DNA of 62,666 nucleotides, filler included, from Vannella sp. (Eukaryota), in assembly GCA_023345925.1 (NCBI GenBank). It is 7 parts of 7 records of this genome, joined end to end, with 100 filler letters (N's around TTAATTAATTAA, not from the genome) between each part and the next. Parts side by side here need not be neighbours in the genome. Positions count along the whole stretch, not along the records: positions 35,972 to 53,611 come from JAJQQN010000763.1; positions 53,712 to 60,250 come from JAJQQN010001313.1; 5 more parts are not named here. One strand, given 5' to 3'. Position numbers and translations under genes: made by a program. The notes under the pieces are model-generated. The model did not search any database and had not been told where the DNA came from. It was given only the letters and a program-made list of their open reading frames with translations. Positions 44,301 through 55,849 of this stretch are shown piece after piece. Each line of letters begins with the position of its first letter. Position 1 is the stretch's first letter.

Positions 44301-47044
44301 TACTCTGGAAATGCAACAGATTGGTCGTAAAACGAGAGTACACGAAAGTGCTCAAAAAGGCGCATTGAGATCTGAAGGAACGCCTCTTCTCCAGTGTCCC
44401 AAAGTACGCTGAATCGGAGAAGGCGCTCGAGGAGTTCTTGAACGTATTGTTGGTCTTGAGAAGAGAGGAGCCAAAGTCGAACAGTGCCAGCATCTGAAAC
44501 AACTGCGACAAAGCTTTTGACAAGGTCCAGTTGCTTGGGTTGTAACAAAGCGCCTTGCAGGAATGGATTTACCTTTTCGAAAAGTTTCTCAAAGAGAAGC
44601 CAATTGCTCTCTACTGGAGAACCTGAAGAAGCATGAACAAGCGACACATGGTGCATTAGTAACCAAATGACTTCTACTAGATCATCAGTGGTGGTCTGAG
44701 GAACCTCCTCTTCGTTCAGAGGAGGATTCTCTTCCCAAACTGACATCTCCTGCGAATCAGGCGGGGGGGTTCTGTCTTGGTTCGGCGTTATGATAGAAGC
44801 TACAGAGGGAATCTTGCGCCACTCAAGCACAACAGAGTTGAACCAAGTCCAGAATGAAGCACCCGAACCAGAAAGGACAATTTGGACGAGACTCTTCCAC
44901 AAGCGTATGATTGTAGGCATCTCAAAGGCTCCTGTAGAGCTGCTAACCCGATAGAGTGATGGGAATTCAATAAGAAGGACGGTCCAGTCCGCCAAGCTGA
45001 ACTCACAGAATCGCTTTAGAAGCTCCCAAATCGCGGTTTGTGTGGTTGGTGTCATTAAGGAGTGTCCTAGTCGGAGTACAAAGCTCTTGATAGTGGCAAG
45101 GCACCTGATTCCAGGACATTCCTCCATTTGCACGCGGACATCCGACGAATTCCGGAAACTATCTGAATTCCGGCAGGCTTCCCAAAGCACCTGAGCCAGC
45201 GACTGGCGGACCATAACACACTCCACAATCCCATTGAACTCATATACAAGTGCTCCATATGACTTTCGCAGGAAATCATCTGCAAAGACCTTATCTGGCT
45301 CATTAGACGCTTGAGTCTGAAGTGAAGCAACGAATTGCTCTATCTGGACCATTTCCCGTTCCAAACGGGTAATAACGCAGATGGTGCTCTCAGGAGTGGT
45401 GGTTTTGGGCTCATACAGAAAGCGTAGTTCTTCTTCAGTGCCTGGGGAGCGCAAGGAATCGAGATATTGGAGTGAACAGCGGATGCTCCTGAAGTGTTTG
45501 GCAGCTGTTTGTACGAAATCTGAGAATTCAGGCAAACGGAGATGGTCTGACAATGAAATCATCTGAGGAGAGTGAGAGAACTGGACTGAATTGATGGACT
45601 CCAAAGGAAAAGGAAAGTGGAGTGCTCGAGGGAATGGGAGGAGGTGTAGAACGTGAGGCTTGTCTTGTGGTAAGATCAGAATAAGTGGATCGTATCTCTC
45701 TTTGTGAGAGATGTCAGGGAGAGGGCTACTCGAATGCTCTTGGCGAATAATGACGGTTCGAGGAGGTACGAATGCGGGAGCCTTTATCGGCAGATGCTGT
45801 CCAAAGTGAGAAGGCTTGAGACGTATCCCCTTTGTGATGGTAGAAACAGGGTTGATGCTCCTTGCATAGTCTGCCAGAGCCATTGTATTCGGAACCGCTC
45901 GGGGGATTTGATGAGTTTTAGGCCGAGCTTTGGGTTTAGACGTGCGTTTCTGCCCGAGGGAGTGAGCTGCTTCACGAGAAACCTTTTGCCTTTTTGATGG
46001 CGGCAGCCGGAGGGCCCCTCGGTAACTCGGAATAGAGTCAGTCTCGTCGTCACTGCTGAGAACTGTTTCAGCTTCATGGTCGTCCTCTTCGATCTCTTTA
46101 ATGTTTGTTCGGATACTCTCGATGTCCCTCATAGACTTGTACCACCACTGCTGGTCTGAGGGGCTCAAGTCACGTTGAGAATGCCGTTCTTTGCCCAATC
46201 GAATGAATTTCCCTCGGGACGAGATAACAGCGTGGATGCGTTTTGACTTGCGTTGGAGGCGTTTGAAGTGCCTGTTGTACACCCTTAGAAAGTCAGGAAT
46301 GGGCTGCAAAGCGTTACGGAGAAGTAGAATGACTGCATCGAACTGAGTGTGACTTCGAGACACTAAACGCAGATGTCTGTCTGCCATGACCGACTGGAAG
46401 TGGTCGACCCTTGATGTCGATTCAAGGTTCTCTCTAAAGTCTGCAATATCAGCGTCTTTACGACGGAGGCGTCGACGGAGTCTATCTGAGGAGGCATCAA
46501 TGGACCAATACTCGCCATCCATCGCTCGATTCTCCTCCTCTGTCACTTCATCGAGTCTTGGTCGCTTTCTAGAGCCAGTGGGTTGGTCAGATGCTCTTTT
46601 GTGACGCAAATGAGGTCGCTTTGAGGGGGAACGAAAGAAAGTCGAAGTCGATTCGCCATTCTCTTCATCCGATTGAGCCAAATCGATGACGGAACCTTCG
46701 TAGCGAGACAGTTTCCCTATTTGGTGGGCCCCTGGTTGCTTTGTGTGGGTTACTGTTGAGTGGGAGTACTCGAAGATACCATTCGGTTCTTCGGGAAAGG
46801 AAAACTCATCTTCTGAGCTCGCTGAGGCAGAAGGGGGCGCAATTTTGCATCTCATATCACTTAAGACGACTTCTATTGGCTGCTGTCTCCTCCTGGCTAG
46901 CCGCTGGAGCCTGGCCGAGTCCATCTCGACCAAAGTCCAATGTGCACCGTCCAACCCAGAGATCCCTTGTGACTCAAAGTCCAGCAGCCCCTCATCATCC
47001 AGCTCCTGAAAACAAGAGAGATCATCGTCCGCACCCAGACTCAT
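41360..47044 (-). CDS. MMS22L: MMS22-like (Mms22/Mus7) DNA repair protein, a single long ORF of about 1900 aa
   Basis: SFWTWFN, VESNWLLFEKL, DFAVFLKLL, KLSSRFFGK and LRNSIAFLL recall conserved MMS22L/Mus7 blocks. Confidence 0.55.
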   Translation of the reverse strand: MSLGADDDLSCFQELDDEGLLDFESQGISGLDGAHWTLVEMDSARLQRLARRRQQPIEVVLSDMRCKIAPPSASASSEDEFSFPEEPNGIFEYSHSTVTHTKQPGAHQIGKLSRYEGSVIDLAQSDEENGESTSTFFRSPSKRPHLRHKRASDQPTGSRKRPRLDEVTEEENRAMDGEYWSIDASSDRLRRRLRRKDADIADFRENLESTSRVDHFQSVMADRHLRLVSRSHTQFDAVILLLRNALQPIPDFLRVYNRHFKRLQRKSKRIHAVISSRGKFIRLGKERHSQRDLSPSDQQWWYKSMRDIESIRTNIKEIEEDDHEAETVLSSDDETDSIPSYRGALRLPPSKRQKVSREAAHSLGQKRTSKPKARPKTHQIPRAVPNTMALADYARSINPVSTITKGIRLKPSHFGQHLPIKAPAFVPPRTVIIRQEHSSSPLPDISHKERYDPLILILPQDKPHVLHLLPFPRALHFPFPLESINSVQFSHSPQMISLSDHLRLPEFSDFVQTAAKHFRSIRCSLQYLDSLRSPGTEEELRFLYEPKTTTPESTICVITRLEREMVQIEQFVASLQTQASNEPDKVFADDFLRKSYGALVYEFNGIVECVMVRQSLAQVLWEACRNSDSFRNSSDVRVQMEECPGIRCLATIKSFVLRLGHSLMTPTTQTAIWELLKRFCEFSLADWTVLLIEFPSLYRVSSSTGAFEMPTIIRLWKSLVQIVLSGSGASFWTWFNSVVLEWRKIPSVASIITPNQDRTPPPDSQEMSVWEENPPLNEEEVPQTTTDDLVEVIWLLMHHVSLVHASSGSPVESNWLLFEKLFEKVNPFLQGALLQPKQLDLVKSFVAVVSDAGTVRLWLLSSQDQQYVQELLERLLRFSVLWDTGEEAFLQISMRLFEHFRVLSFYDQSVAFPEYQRGLGVAGKLNGRVESEGDFAVFLKLLNNWMVDTLQHEDSSKRMMKLSSRFFGKLLTKQQQTKLIDESALVFSSRCYLAPLRNSIAFLLSFAPFFGDSSQFTSLIQRMGSLIDFKKSSVAAQQLLVEGLYTAALIKQRHRKGFPSLQESLLSEEIGSNVLSCEQMLLLKLGKGLEEPYLVVAKALYPFLQQVIAQFENSAMSQTSPQEQAGNERMVAFTIKCILMGYERASESGKASLLPMHSLLISPVLPFLLESFNSSSNPSKISVSLQYLTCKLLSSAFGTVGSPPVMTNTQTENVNVAVSFEDEEWPTEEEIQASIKEHQERQTHQQGQLLLARYLCQILQGSGMDKKLLSLLSHICPRNTKDNGPVSAYPPKDTLRLMERASRCIGEAAALIVFHGKGNWNYFFGRFGVASAWLHPTSPACYRQIPARLFANAIVCYRRQIECFPNSVPAAASLNELELIRLWIFLMIEPDYTVLQGLLSHALLRKLPFCQPVLWIGKLLPAEEILPLCESSELLRKNRKAILYVFLKQLAIHLLPKGTVPDQSSLTLFHNLLNDIPRRLVHSIVKELPEQLSLTGSGILLEHIAFSFSVVGQILTRCTFLLYRPQVTHSLLPTLIVHFFKNRALDLPFRLRYLPNALLAFARLLDVYPSDLSLNQEFKELYEFYWSLLLSLKDQREAVLSAWCCGLVEREGMEGPVLARFRLYFLNRVAIPQLREVTGLQETLSLQCLLKLLVQMFYSSQSPQILHEGLELVSIDLLRVMTSLPTLSFPSRMLIFSAWSRLILKLDFELSTQSNGTHFGLAHVIETFVLLAIRDVLTISSLSIESSKSRELSKLFEEQKEALESWGHLKADELPSFARVLADIVPQSMVSAEGTYLMLTHSTFQSPSTTNECLERLFLLLERSFLTQHGRAQIEKSIFILQSSLKSPLPQSWLQLRYQSFLRNLGTTGVAYLIFPPKTARTTGRSLQLGLPSL

Positions 47045-47128
47045 CCTCCAGCCCGCCAGAAGCAAATGGTCTCCAACCTTTTCCACTGACTGTCGGTTTC
47101 CCGCCCATTCTAAATCCTGGCTTTTCTA

Positions 47129-47786
47129 TTAGTTTATCAGTGTGACAGTGATAACGGAAGAGAAATCTGGTAATTCGTGAACAAACTGATCGTCCCCGTT
47201 GCTTTGTGCTTGAGATACAATGTGCATTTGCGTGGATGATAAGGAAGCGACCAGTTCCTGGGGTTCCTGGCGCTGTAAGATGGAGAGACGGAATACCCAT
47301 TGCTCCCATGTCTCTTTCTTATCGATAAACCAGCCCTTCTCGGTCCTCTGAAACTCAATCTTGATCTGTTTGTTCCATCAACTGCTGGAACCTTCACTTC
47401 TCGCTTGCTGTTGCGTACCTACCTCAACTCTCTTGCCTATGGAACGATAAGGGACCTGATTTACCGCCAAGGTGATGTCCGCGTTGACCTTGCGCGCCAA
47501 AGGATTGTCGTTCTTCAACCGCACCTTGTTCTCGTCAGCCCTCCCTGAATGAAGAGGCCACGGTGCGGATCTTACATAAGGGTACTCAATACCAACGATT
47601 TCGTCCTCCACAAAGCCACTACCAGGAACCAGGAAGCGTTGAAAGTACAAAGTGTGAAGAAGACATCTCGCCACGTCCCTCGCATACTCTGTTGCCACCT
47701 CCTAGATCAGAGGTTAGTTTGATCTGGTCCATTCGTTGCTTGTACTGGCCCACCTGTTCCACAGAGAAGCTGTAGACGTTGCTCAT
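47129..47786 (-). CDS. ATG101: Autophagy-related protein 101 (multi-exon)
   Basis: DVARCLLHTLYFQR and last exon IKIEFQRTEKGWFIDKKETWEQW (WF finger). Confidence 0.8.
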
Positions 47787-47911
47787 GAAGAAGGGAAGAG
47801 GTGAAATGAGGGAAATGCGATGAGCAGGTCAGTGGGTCACTCTTCTGATGTCTATTTACTTGCAACGTGTGTGCTACAGCTCTTGTGGAGTCTATGAAGG
47901 TGCCAAGAGGC

Positions 47912-48652
47912 TCAGTTGATCAGTTCGCGGGCGATCTTGATGATGCCTTCGGTGTTCTTGTTGCACACAGGGCACTTGGGGGATCGCTTGAAGGCTTCAA
48001 AGATGCACACTTGACAGAAGTAGTGTTCACACGGTGTCTTGACGGGGGAGTTGAAGGGCTCGCGGCAGATGAAGCAGGCAAAGGGGAGTCCCTCTTCCTC
48101 CTCATCGATCTCGTAGTTCTCCTCCTTCCCACCTCCCTTTTCCTTCTCGTCCCATTCCTGATCAAGTTGCCAACCAGTCTTGTAGTCTCCACGGTCGTGA
48201 AGGAACTTGCAAGTGTCCCCATAACCACAATAACCGGTTTCCTTGTAGTCCTTGCAAATGTCAGGCTGATAGTCGAAGCGACAGGAGATGCGGATGTTCG
48301 AAGACGCCTTCTGAGGCCCAAAGATGTCCTTCTTGGCTGCTGTCCGCGTTGGCGCGTCGATATCGGAAGTAAGGAAGGCGCCTTGGTCTTCCGGTCCCAA
48401 AGACATGGCTGTGTCAGAGAACTTGTACTCTACTCCTACTTCTAGCTTCTTCCGTTCTGTCTGCCAGTGTGTGAGACCCTATCAGGATGCCCTCGAGCGG
48501 CTTACCGTGTGGGTAGCCAGCGTTCGGCCCGTCTTCGCACGTTTGGTAACGGATCCTTCGTTCTCTTCGCTGTCCTGCTCTCTTGTGCGCTTCAGTAAGC
48601 TGCCCTTCGCCTTCTTTTTCTTGAAAAGGACGGGAGTGTGGGACTCTTCCAT
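47912..48652 (-). CDS. RNF113A: RING finger protein 113 / Cwc24 splicing factor
   Basis: [37 protein letters not shown] and [15 protein letters not shown]. Confidence 0.95.
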
Positions 48653-48826
48653 GCGGGAGGAGGAAATGAAGCTTCTTTGCAATGAATCCTTCTGCTTCCT
48701 TTGTCAGGATGGAAGGGCCCAATGCGCCTTGGAGGAGAGGCGCATTGGGCTCTGGCCTAGTCGTCTTTTGTCTCATATATTGGAAGATGTGCAGGCGCTG
48801 AGAGTTTATTTGGGAAGAAAACAAAA

Positions 48827-49732
48827 TCAGTTCCTTTCAACGGGCGAGTAGAAGTCGCAGAGCCGCTCCAGATCAAAGTCAGAAGGCAGTTCCAAAGCGG
48901 GGTGAACGTAGGGAGGGGCCCACGGACAACTTGTTGTCAAGTGTTCAGGGGACGAGCTGGTGTTGATTCCGGAGGTTTCCTGACTTGCGCTGTGCAAGAT
49001 TTGGACCAAGTCAAGTGTTGACCCGTCAGGAGAGCTTTCATAATAGATTTTGCGAACCTTGGATATGCGCCCATCTTGTGGGAGTCTACGGAAGGTGTTG
49101 ATAAGCTCATTAAATGCAGTTTTGAAGGCGTCAAGGGGATCGTTCATCTGTGGGCTGCTATTTGGAGAATCTTGCCTTGAGTGGGCTTGGTTGGAGAGAA
49201 GTTGAATGGTTGTAGCCTGTTGTGCCTCCATCCGCTCCAGCATTTCGGTAATGCGATCATTCCAAGTGCGTTTCTTAGCCTTAGGTTCTCGTTTCTTACG
49301 GAGCACATCTGGCTTAGAGATCACCTGAACGGGCTCTGAAAAGCCTGAGGCTATACATACTCCAGTGCCCTTCTCCTTCACAGAGAACTTCAAAACGAAG
49401 TTCATGTCCTCGTGCTGGCTCGAGAGGATAGAGATGGAGACTTGCACGACACAACACCTGGCGTCGTTAGCGTCCACTACACCTTTGTAATTGAACGGGG
49501 TTTGCTTGAGTTGCAAAACCTCCTTTGGCGTTGGGGAAGAGTCATACAGCAGTTGTGCTTCAATCGAGAGATCAGCAAATGTGAGCTTGCAAACACTTGT
49601 TGGGAGCTCTACGACAACCGAGAACTCAGTGTTCTTGATGACGTAATGCAAGTGCTTTTCGACTCCATTATCCGAGAACCTATCAACAGAAAGGGAGGTT
49701 TGATTTAAGAACTTGAGTTCTGCAATAGACAT
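48827..49732 (-). CDS. CudA-like transcription factor
   Basis: YVIKNTEF, AQLLYD, ISILSSQHEDMNF and SEPVQVISKP resemble the amoebozoan CudA DNA-binding core. Confidence 0.65.
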   Translation of the reverse strand: MSIAELKFLNQTSLSVDRFSDNGVEKHLHYVIKNTEFSVVVELPTSVCKLTFADLSIEAQLLYDSSPTPKEVLQLKQTPFNYKGVVDANDARCCVVQVSISILSSQHEDMNFVLKFSVKEKGTGVCIASGFSEPVQVISKPDVLRKKREPKAKKRTWNDRITEMLERMEAQQATTIQLLSNQAHSRQDSPNSSPQMNDPLDAFKTAFNELINTFRRLPQDGRISKVRKIYYESSPDGSTLDLVQILHSASQETSGINTSSSPEHLTTSCPWAPPYVHPALELPSDFDLERLCDFYSPVERN

Positions 49733-49919
49733 GGTTCCAATTACCTTGAAGAGAGCCACGAACGAATGATTCCCCCACCCGCACCAACGAGAGATCCCCA
49801 AAACCTAACCCTTGCCCCACCATCTTGGTTGTGGAACGTTCTGGTGTTACTTGCACCAATTTACAATAGCAAAAACAGACTTCGAAATGAACATTAATTG
49901 TCATTTGTTTGAGGTGGCG

Positions 49920-51907
49920 ATGGCGAACGCTCGGTTTGACATGCTCTTGGACCAGGAGGTCTCGTTCAGCTCCTTTGGATTGGATAATCGGTTGGTGAAG
50001 GCGGCGAGCAAAGCGAACTTCAGTCACCCGACTATCGTGCAATCGGCAGCTATTCCTTTGGCCTTGGAGGGAAAGGACATCCTCGCCCGTGCGCGAACTG
50101 GATCTGGCAAGACTGCGGCGTATTTGCTCCCTATCCTACAGAAGATCTTGCAAGAGAAGGAGAATGGTTCACACAGACCAGGGACAAGAGCTCTAATCCT
50201 TGTCCCCAGTGCGGAACTGAGCGAGCAGGTCACTAATCAGTGCAAACAACTCACTCTGTACGCCCCAGAGGTCACTCATCTTCACTTATCTCGCTCTGTA
50301 CCCATTCAAGTTCAACGAAAGCGGATTGCAGAGCTCCCAGATATCATTATTACCACTCCCAGTCAGATCATTCCTCACATCCGCGAGAAGATCATCGATT
50401 TCCGCGAGGATCCAGCACTTGGGTGGCTAGTTCTTGACGAAGTAAGTAGTTTCCTTCTTCTATAGTGCCCTATGCGTGCCCAGATGGACTGATCAACGCG
50501 TAGGCGGATCTGCTCCTCTCGTTTGGGTATGAAGCGGACATCCGCGAGATCGCAGGGCAGCTTCCTCGTATTGGATGCCAGTCTTTCCTGATGTCTGCAA
50601 CACTGGCTTCCACAGAGGACCTTGATCAGCTCAAACATCTGGTTCTCCACAATCCCGTGAGTCCTCTCGCATTCAGATTGGTCGTTCATGATCGTCAAGC
50701 TGCTCTAACACCCTCCAGGCGGTTCTCAAGCTCGAAGAGGCCGAGCAGAATGAAGAGGAGAGGCTGAAACAGTACTTTGTCAACTGTCCGGAGGAAGACA
50801 AGCTCCTGATCATCATCGTGCTCCTCCGTCTTCGCGTGGTACGGGCTCTCTTCAAGGGATGGTGTGGTCTGTTACTAATGGAGTTGTTTGGGGTAGCTGC
50901 GGGGCAAGCTTCTCTTCTTTGTACAGGACATTGACAGCTGCTATCGATTGAAACTGTTTTTGGAGCGTTTCTTCATCAAAGCAGCTGTGCTCAACTCTGA
51001 GCTCCCTCAGAACACTCGTAACCACATCGTAACGCAGTTTAATAAGGGAATCTTCGACAATCTGATCGCCACGGACGAGAAGTTCTTTGCTGGAAAGGAT
51101 TGTGCGCTTCTCTCTCTCTCTCCTCTCGCGTAAGGGACCAACTGACCTTCTCGATTGTGATAGTGGGCAACAAGAAGGATAAGGAGTACATGGTATCCCG
51201 CGGGGTGGACTTCCAGAACGTCAAGGCTGGTGAGTTCTCTCTGAATGGAGTTATATCCGCGTTCTGACCCAAGCTGGGGCAACTAGTCATCAACGTTGAT
51301 ATGCCTAAGACCAAGGAGGCTTACATTCATCGAATCGGGCGAACAGCTCGTGGTGGAGCGACCGGAATTGCACTCACTCTCGTCGCCCCAGCTGACGAAG
51401 CGGTCCTGGAGGACGTCAGAACGCATATGGCAGCGGAAGAGATTGAGCTAACGCCTTACAAGTTCGCCACAGAGGCTATTGAGTCATTCCGCTACCGAGT
51501 GACGGACATGGCTCGAAGCGTCACAAGAACGGCCATCAGGGATGCGCGAGTGAAGGAGCTAAAGATCGAAATGCTCAACTCTGAGAAGCTGAAGTCCCAC
51601 TTTGAAGACAATCCCCGCGATCTCGCCCTCCTCAAACACGATCAAACCCTTCAGCGCACTCGCCAGCAGCCCCAGCTCAAGTTTGTCCCCACCTACTTGG
51701 TCGGGGACAAGAAGAAGGTACAAAGAGCTGCTCTCGTCAAAGAGACAACCAAGCCAGCTGTTCAGAAGCGTCCCCGGCGCAAGTCTGGACGCGATCCGCT
51801 CAAGACCTTCTCTTCGGGAGAGCCGGTAAGTCTCCCACGCGCTCTGTCCTCCTTCTTACTCTCCTTAGCCCAAGAAGAAGACAAAGGGAACTCCAATCGA
51901 CCAGTAG
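49920..51907 (+). CDS. DDX56: DEAD-box RNA helicase DDX56/Dbp9 (multi-exon)
   Basis: [13 protein letters not shown], spliced [47 protein letters not shown]. Confidence 0.95.
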
Positions 51908-51966
51908 GGGAGCTAATGAAGTCGCATTTCCTCTTGAAGTCGCCATTCTTTGTCTTCCCCTTGTCG

Positions 51967-52380
51967 ATGGATGCGATTGAGTTCCAGCGGCAATTGGAGC
52001 TGATTCAGGTGGAAGCTGACTTGGAGAAGGTCTCCCGTGAGGTAGTGGGGTGGGCTGAGGTGAAGGGAAGGTTCTGAGTAGCGGAAGGTGGCGATGTTGG
52101 AGTTTGAAGGGCACGAACTTTCTCATGTGAAGCCAGGACGGGTCTGTTCTCTGCTTGAGTGAATACCTTGTCTGATCTTCTACCAGAGTGTCTATGTACA
52201 ACAAGGATCGCTCTTCTTCCTTGCAGACGGATCCCGGCTTCGTCCTGCTCGTGCCAGTTCGTCCCTCTCCCTCACCCATCAAGTCCTCCCCTCACCCTGA
52301 TAACAGAAGATCTCCATGTTAAGAAGCAACAGCTAGGCCATCTCAAAGCCCAACAAGCGAGCCTACACAACGGAAAGTAA
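51967..52380 (+). CDS. Small prefoldin-like protein (ASDURF/PDRG1-like), spliced
   Basis: Helix - hairpin (SVYVQQGSLFFLA) - helix layout over 4 small exons. Confidence 0.35.
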
Positions 52381-52457
52381 ACACATTTAGGAGAGGACAG
52401 CAAAGGGGATTGAAGGGAAGGGAAGGAAAGGGAAGGAGAGGATGACAAAGAGGATGT

Positions 52458-53611
52458 TCACTCGTCCACAACAACAGTAACAATGCCCTCATTCTTCCAG
52501 GCGTGGTACTGACGGATGCGCATGAAGACTTCGATGGCAATCACGGACAAAAGGACAATGCAGACGGCGGTGGCGATGAAGGCCAAAGAGAGCCATCCGA
52601 GGACGTTGTTCTGATCGCTGCTGTTACAAGGGTCGTCATTAGCCTTGTTCGAGCCGGTCAAGAGAAGAGAGAAAGAGGTGAGATGGTCCGTGTTGCCACA
52701 AAAGAGATTCTGGCTTTCAGTGAGACAGGGATCCTGGCAGACCCATTTCTTGGTGGCGTTGTTAAAGTATCCCAGGCAAAGGGAGCTGATCTTTCTGGAG
52801 GTGTTCTGCTGAAGGCAGATGGTCAGCGGGGCCTCCAAGTTGGTGATGGAGCGGCCGGAAGTGTCTTGAAGAGTGATGTCGACGATAGGACCGATAATGG
52901 ACGAAACGGGAGGCAGCCCACTGACGAATTGGACGCTGAGGGACCCAGTGATGCCTTCAGGGAGTTGAATGGACCCCACAGAAATGTTGTTGCTTCCCAG
53001 AAGATCAATGGAGCTCGTTCCGGAGTCCAAAGTAACCGTTCCCAAGTCAGTCACTTGGCAGTTTGGATTCTCCTTCAAACATAGTTCGCCTCCCACCACT
53101 GCAGAAGACGGAGCCACTTGGGAGGTGGCACTCAATTCTGCCCCAGATACGGAACTGGATGGACTGGATGGACTGGATGGACTGGATGGACTGGATTGCT
53201 CCGACACAGGGCCGGATGGCCGGGAGAATTCTGTGCTGAGAGTGGGAAGGGCGTCAGAAGGTGAAGGCGGAGGAAGCAGTGAAGTAGGAGTTGAAAGAAT
53301 GCTTTCTGACGAGGACAGAGCGGGTGAAGGAGTAGAGGAGGAGCTTGGTTGAACCGGTTCGGACACAGCCACAACAGGGCTCGCAGATTCCGCACCTATG
53401 GAAACAGACAGAGTCTCCGAATTAGAGAGCTTTGACAATGAAGACGTTGCCTCGTTCGAGGATGACGGAGAAGAAGTGACCAACTTTGATTCAGAACGAG
53501 AAGGAGTCCCGAAGGGAGAGCTCGACTGAAGAGTTCCTGAAGGAGAAGCAGCGCCTGTTGGAGAGGGAGTGTCTGAAGTAGTGGTTGACGAGCTGGCTAG
53601 AGGAGTGTCCG
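52458..53611 (-). CDS. Ser/Pro-rich surface protein with GPS (GAIN) motif and single TM; 5'-truncated
   Basis: CLGYF....KKWVC...FCGNTDHLTSFSLLL, then one TM and a short tail. Confidence 0.75.
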
Positions 53612-53711
53612 NNNNNNNNNNNNNNNNNNNNNNNNNNNNNNNNNNNNNNNNNNNNTTAATTAATTAANNNNNNNNNNNNNNNNNNNNNNNNNNNNNNNNN
53701 NNNNNNNNNNN
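53612..53711. other. Artificial contig-join spacer
   Basis: N44-TTAATTAATTAA-N44. Confidence 0.98.
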
Positions 53712-53817
53712 ATAAACCCTTTCGCACAAAAATAATAATAATACTTAAAAGGAGATAAATCGCTTACAATCTCAGGTTCAACAGAACGGCTGAAAAAAAT
53801 GTCAGATCTTCCTTGCC

Positions 53818-54478
53818 ATGAGCCTTCGTCTGATCCCCCGCGTCTTCGCTAGATCTGCACTGGCTAGAACCTCCTTGGTGCAGGCTCGCTTCGCTCACCA
53901 GAATGATGGTAGGTGTTCCCGTTGCGAACACGCTCGACATCCTGCTCACCCCTGAGTAGTGAAGCCTACTTCCGCAGTCGGTTTGACCAGCGTGTTCGAC
54001 CACGCTACTGGAGAAGAGAAGGAAGAGCTTCTCACTGAGCTGGAAGGAAAGGAGCTGTACGAGCAATATCTTACAGGACCTTTCGGAACTATCGAGAAGC
54101 CAGTCCTCGTTCCTTCAGTCTTCCACACCAGGATCGTTGGTTGCGTCGGTAGGTCTTTCCCATGACTCATCAAAGAGAGCTGTATTTTTCTTATTTTTCT
54201 CGCTCGCCTGCCGCTTCATAGGTGGGGATGGAGAGTCTGCCCACGATCTTTTGTGGCACGAGGTCAAGAAGGGCAAGCCCACTATCTGCTCAGAGTGCGG
54301 ACAGGTCTTTGCATTGCAGACTCAAGCTGCTGATGAGGAAGACCCTGTCCAGGAGTTAGCCCAGGAGAGCTTGGTGTTGAACATTGGCAATGTTAGCCAC
54401 GAGCACACAGACAATGACCAAAAGTTCTGGCAAGAGTTTGAGCAGTTCAAGAAGGCCTACAGCAAAGCAAAGAACTAA
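53818..54478 (+). CDS. COX5B: Cytochrome c oxidase subunit 5B (3 exons)
   Basis: Mitochondrial presequence-like start; [22 protein letters not shown]...[13 protein letters not shown]. Confidence 0.9.
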
Positions 54479-54669
54479 TCGTTCACTCCCACAACCCAAC
54501 ATGCCAATTCAGTCCGTCACCGTTTAAATGAAGGCTCCTTCTCATGACACAGATTCAACAGGGACTGTATCAGGGAAGTGGGCCCATTACTGCTAAGGAC
54601 ACATGCACTTCTGGAAGGCTCTTATTAGTAGTTTATCGGGTCACTCCCAAAGCTTGTCCTTTTGAGTGA

Positions 54670-55750
54670 TTAGATGTGCTCTGGCTTCCTGTAGTCTTCC
54701 CAGAACAAGTCGTTGGTATCATTGGTTCCAATAAACCTCCAGCCGGTCTCTTGCACCAAGTACACTAAAAAGGGATGAGCGGAATGATTCCTCAGAAGGA
54801 CGAGTACATACCATTGATCGCACCACCGCTATAAGCGTCACGGTGAGTAGCATGGTGGATCGCCCGTCGTCCAAGCTCGCAAGCCTCCTCAATGGAGAGA
54901 TCATGGCGGAAACCCTGGTTTCACTGTCAGTCCTCAGTTCATCAGGAGTAGGCAATGAACTAACCGAATCAAGGATACCGTAAGCATACGTAGCACCAGA
55001 ACCAACTGAGAATCGCTGGCCCTTTTGGCGCGTGCCGTCGCTGTCAACGTAGTGAAGGTTGGGCCCAGTGTGGTCCCATCCTGCGATCATGGTCCCCATG
55101 GAGAGTCCGTAGTTGCGGTACGAGTACGTGATATTGCCTAGAATCTTAGAGGCAGCAGACACGCTGATACGGCGCTTGTTCTCGAGTTCGTACAAGCGGC
55201 AGCGACGCCCCAATTCGCGTTCCCAGAAGGAGCAGTCCGCAGCACCTCCAGCCATTGTACCCAAGAGGTATGGTGTAATCTCAATGACCTTCTTCACCGA
55301 TTGGGAAGCTACAAAGACACAGGGAAGACCAGTCAGCCATTTCCCCTCGAACAAATAAGGTGCGGTTCACTCACCAATGTATGGGCCTTGTGTGGAGCGA
55401 GAGTCCACTGCGATCACGATACCGTGTTGGAAGACGAAGCCCAGAGTTGTAGTGCCCTTGGCGTACTTGAGGGACTCAGGAGCGTTCTCCGCTTTGAACG
55501 TGGAGTCAAGGAAGTTGTTAGGCTAACAAACAATGAAGCTTGTTAGTAAAGAAGAAGTTAAACCCTCCATCTCGCCCACGGTGGTGAAGTGCGGGAAGAT
55601 GAAGCGGGGAAGGCGAAGACTCACCACGCTGACAGGTGCTAGCTCAAAGGAATCTGCACCAGTGATATCGTGAGCAGGGATCTGGAAGGCACTATCCGTC
55701 CCCATAGAGGAAGAGCCCCTGGAGAAGTTCAAGATCGTCTCGACGTCCAT
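54670..55750 (-). CDS. PSMB5: Proteasome subunit beta type-5 (multi-exon)
   Basis: [47 protein letters not shown]. Confidence 0.95.
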
Positions 55751-55849
55751 GTTGATGGAAGGCGGGCTGCGAGGAAGTGAAGAAGAAACTCGAGCTAATT
55801 GGCATGGTGGGACTGAATGTCATCGCCATTTTATTGGAGGGGAGTTAGA

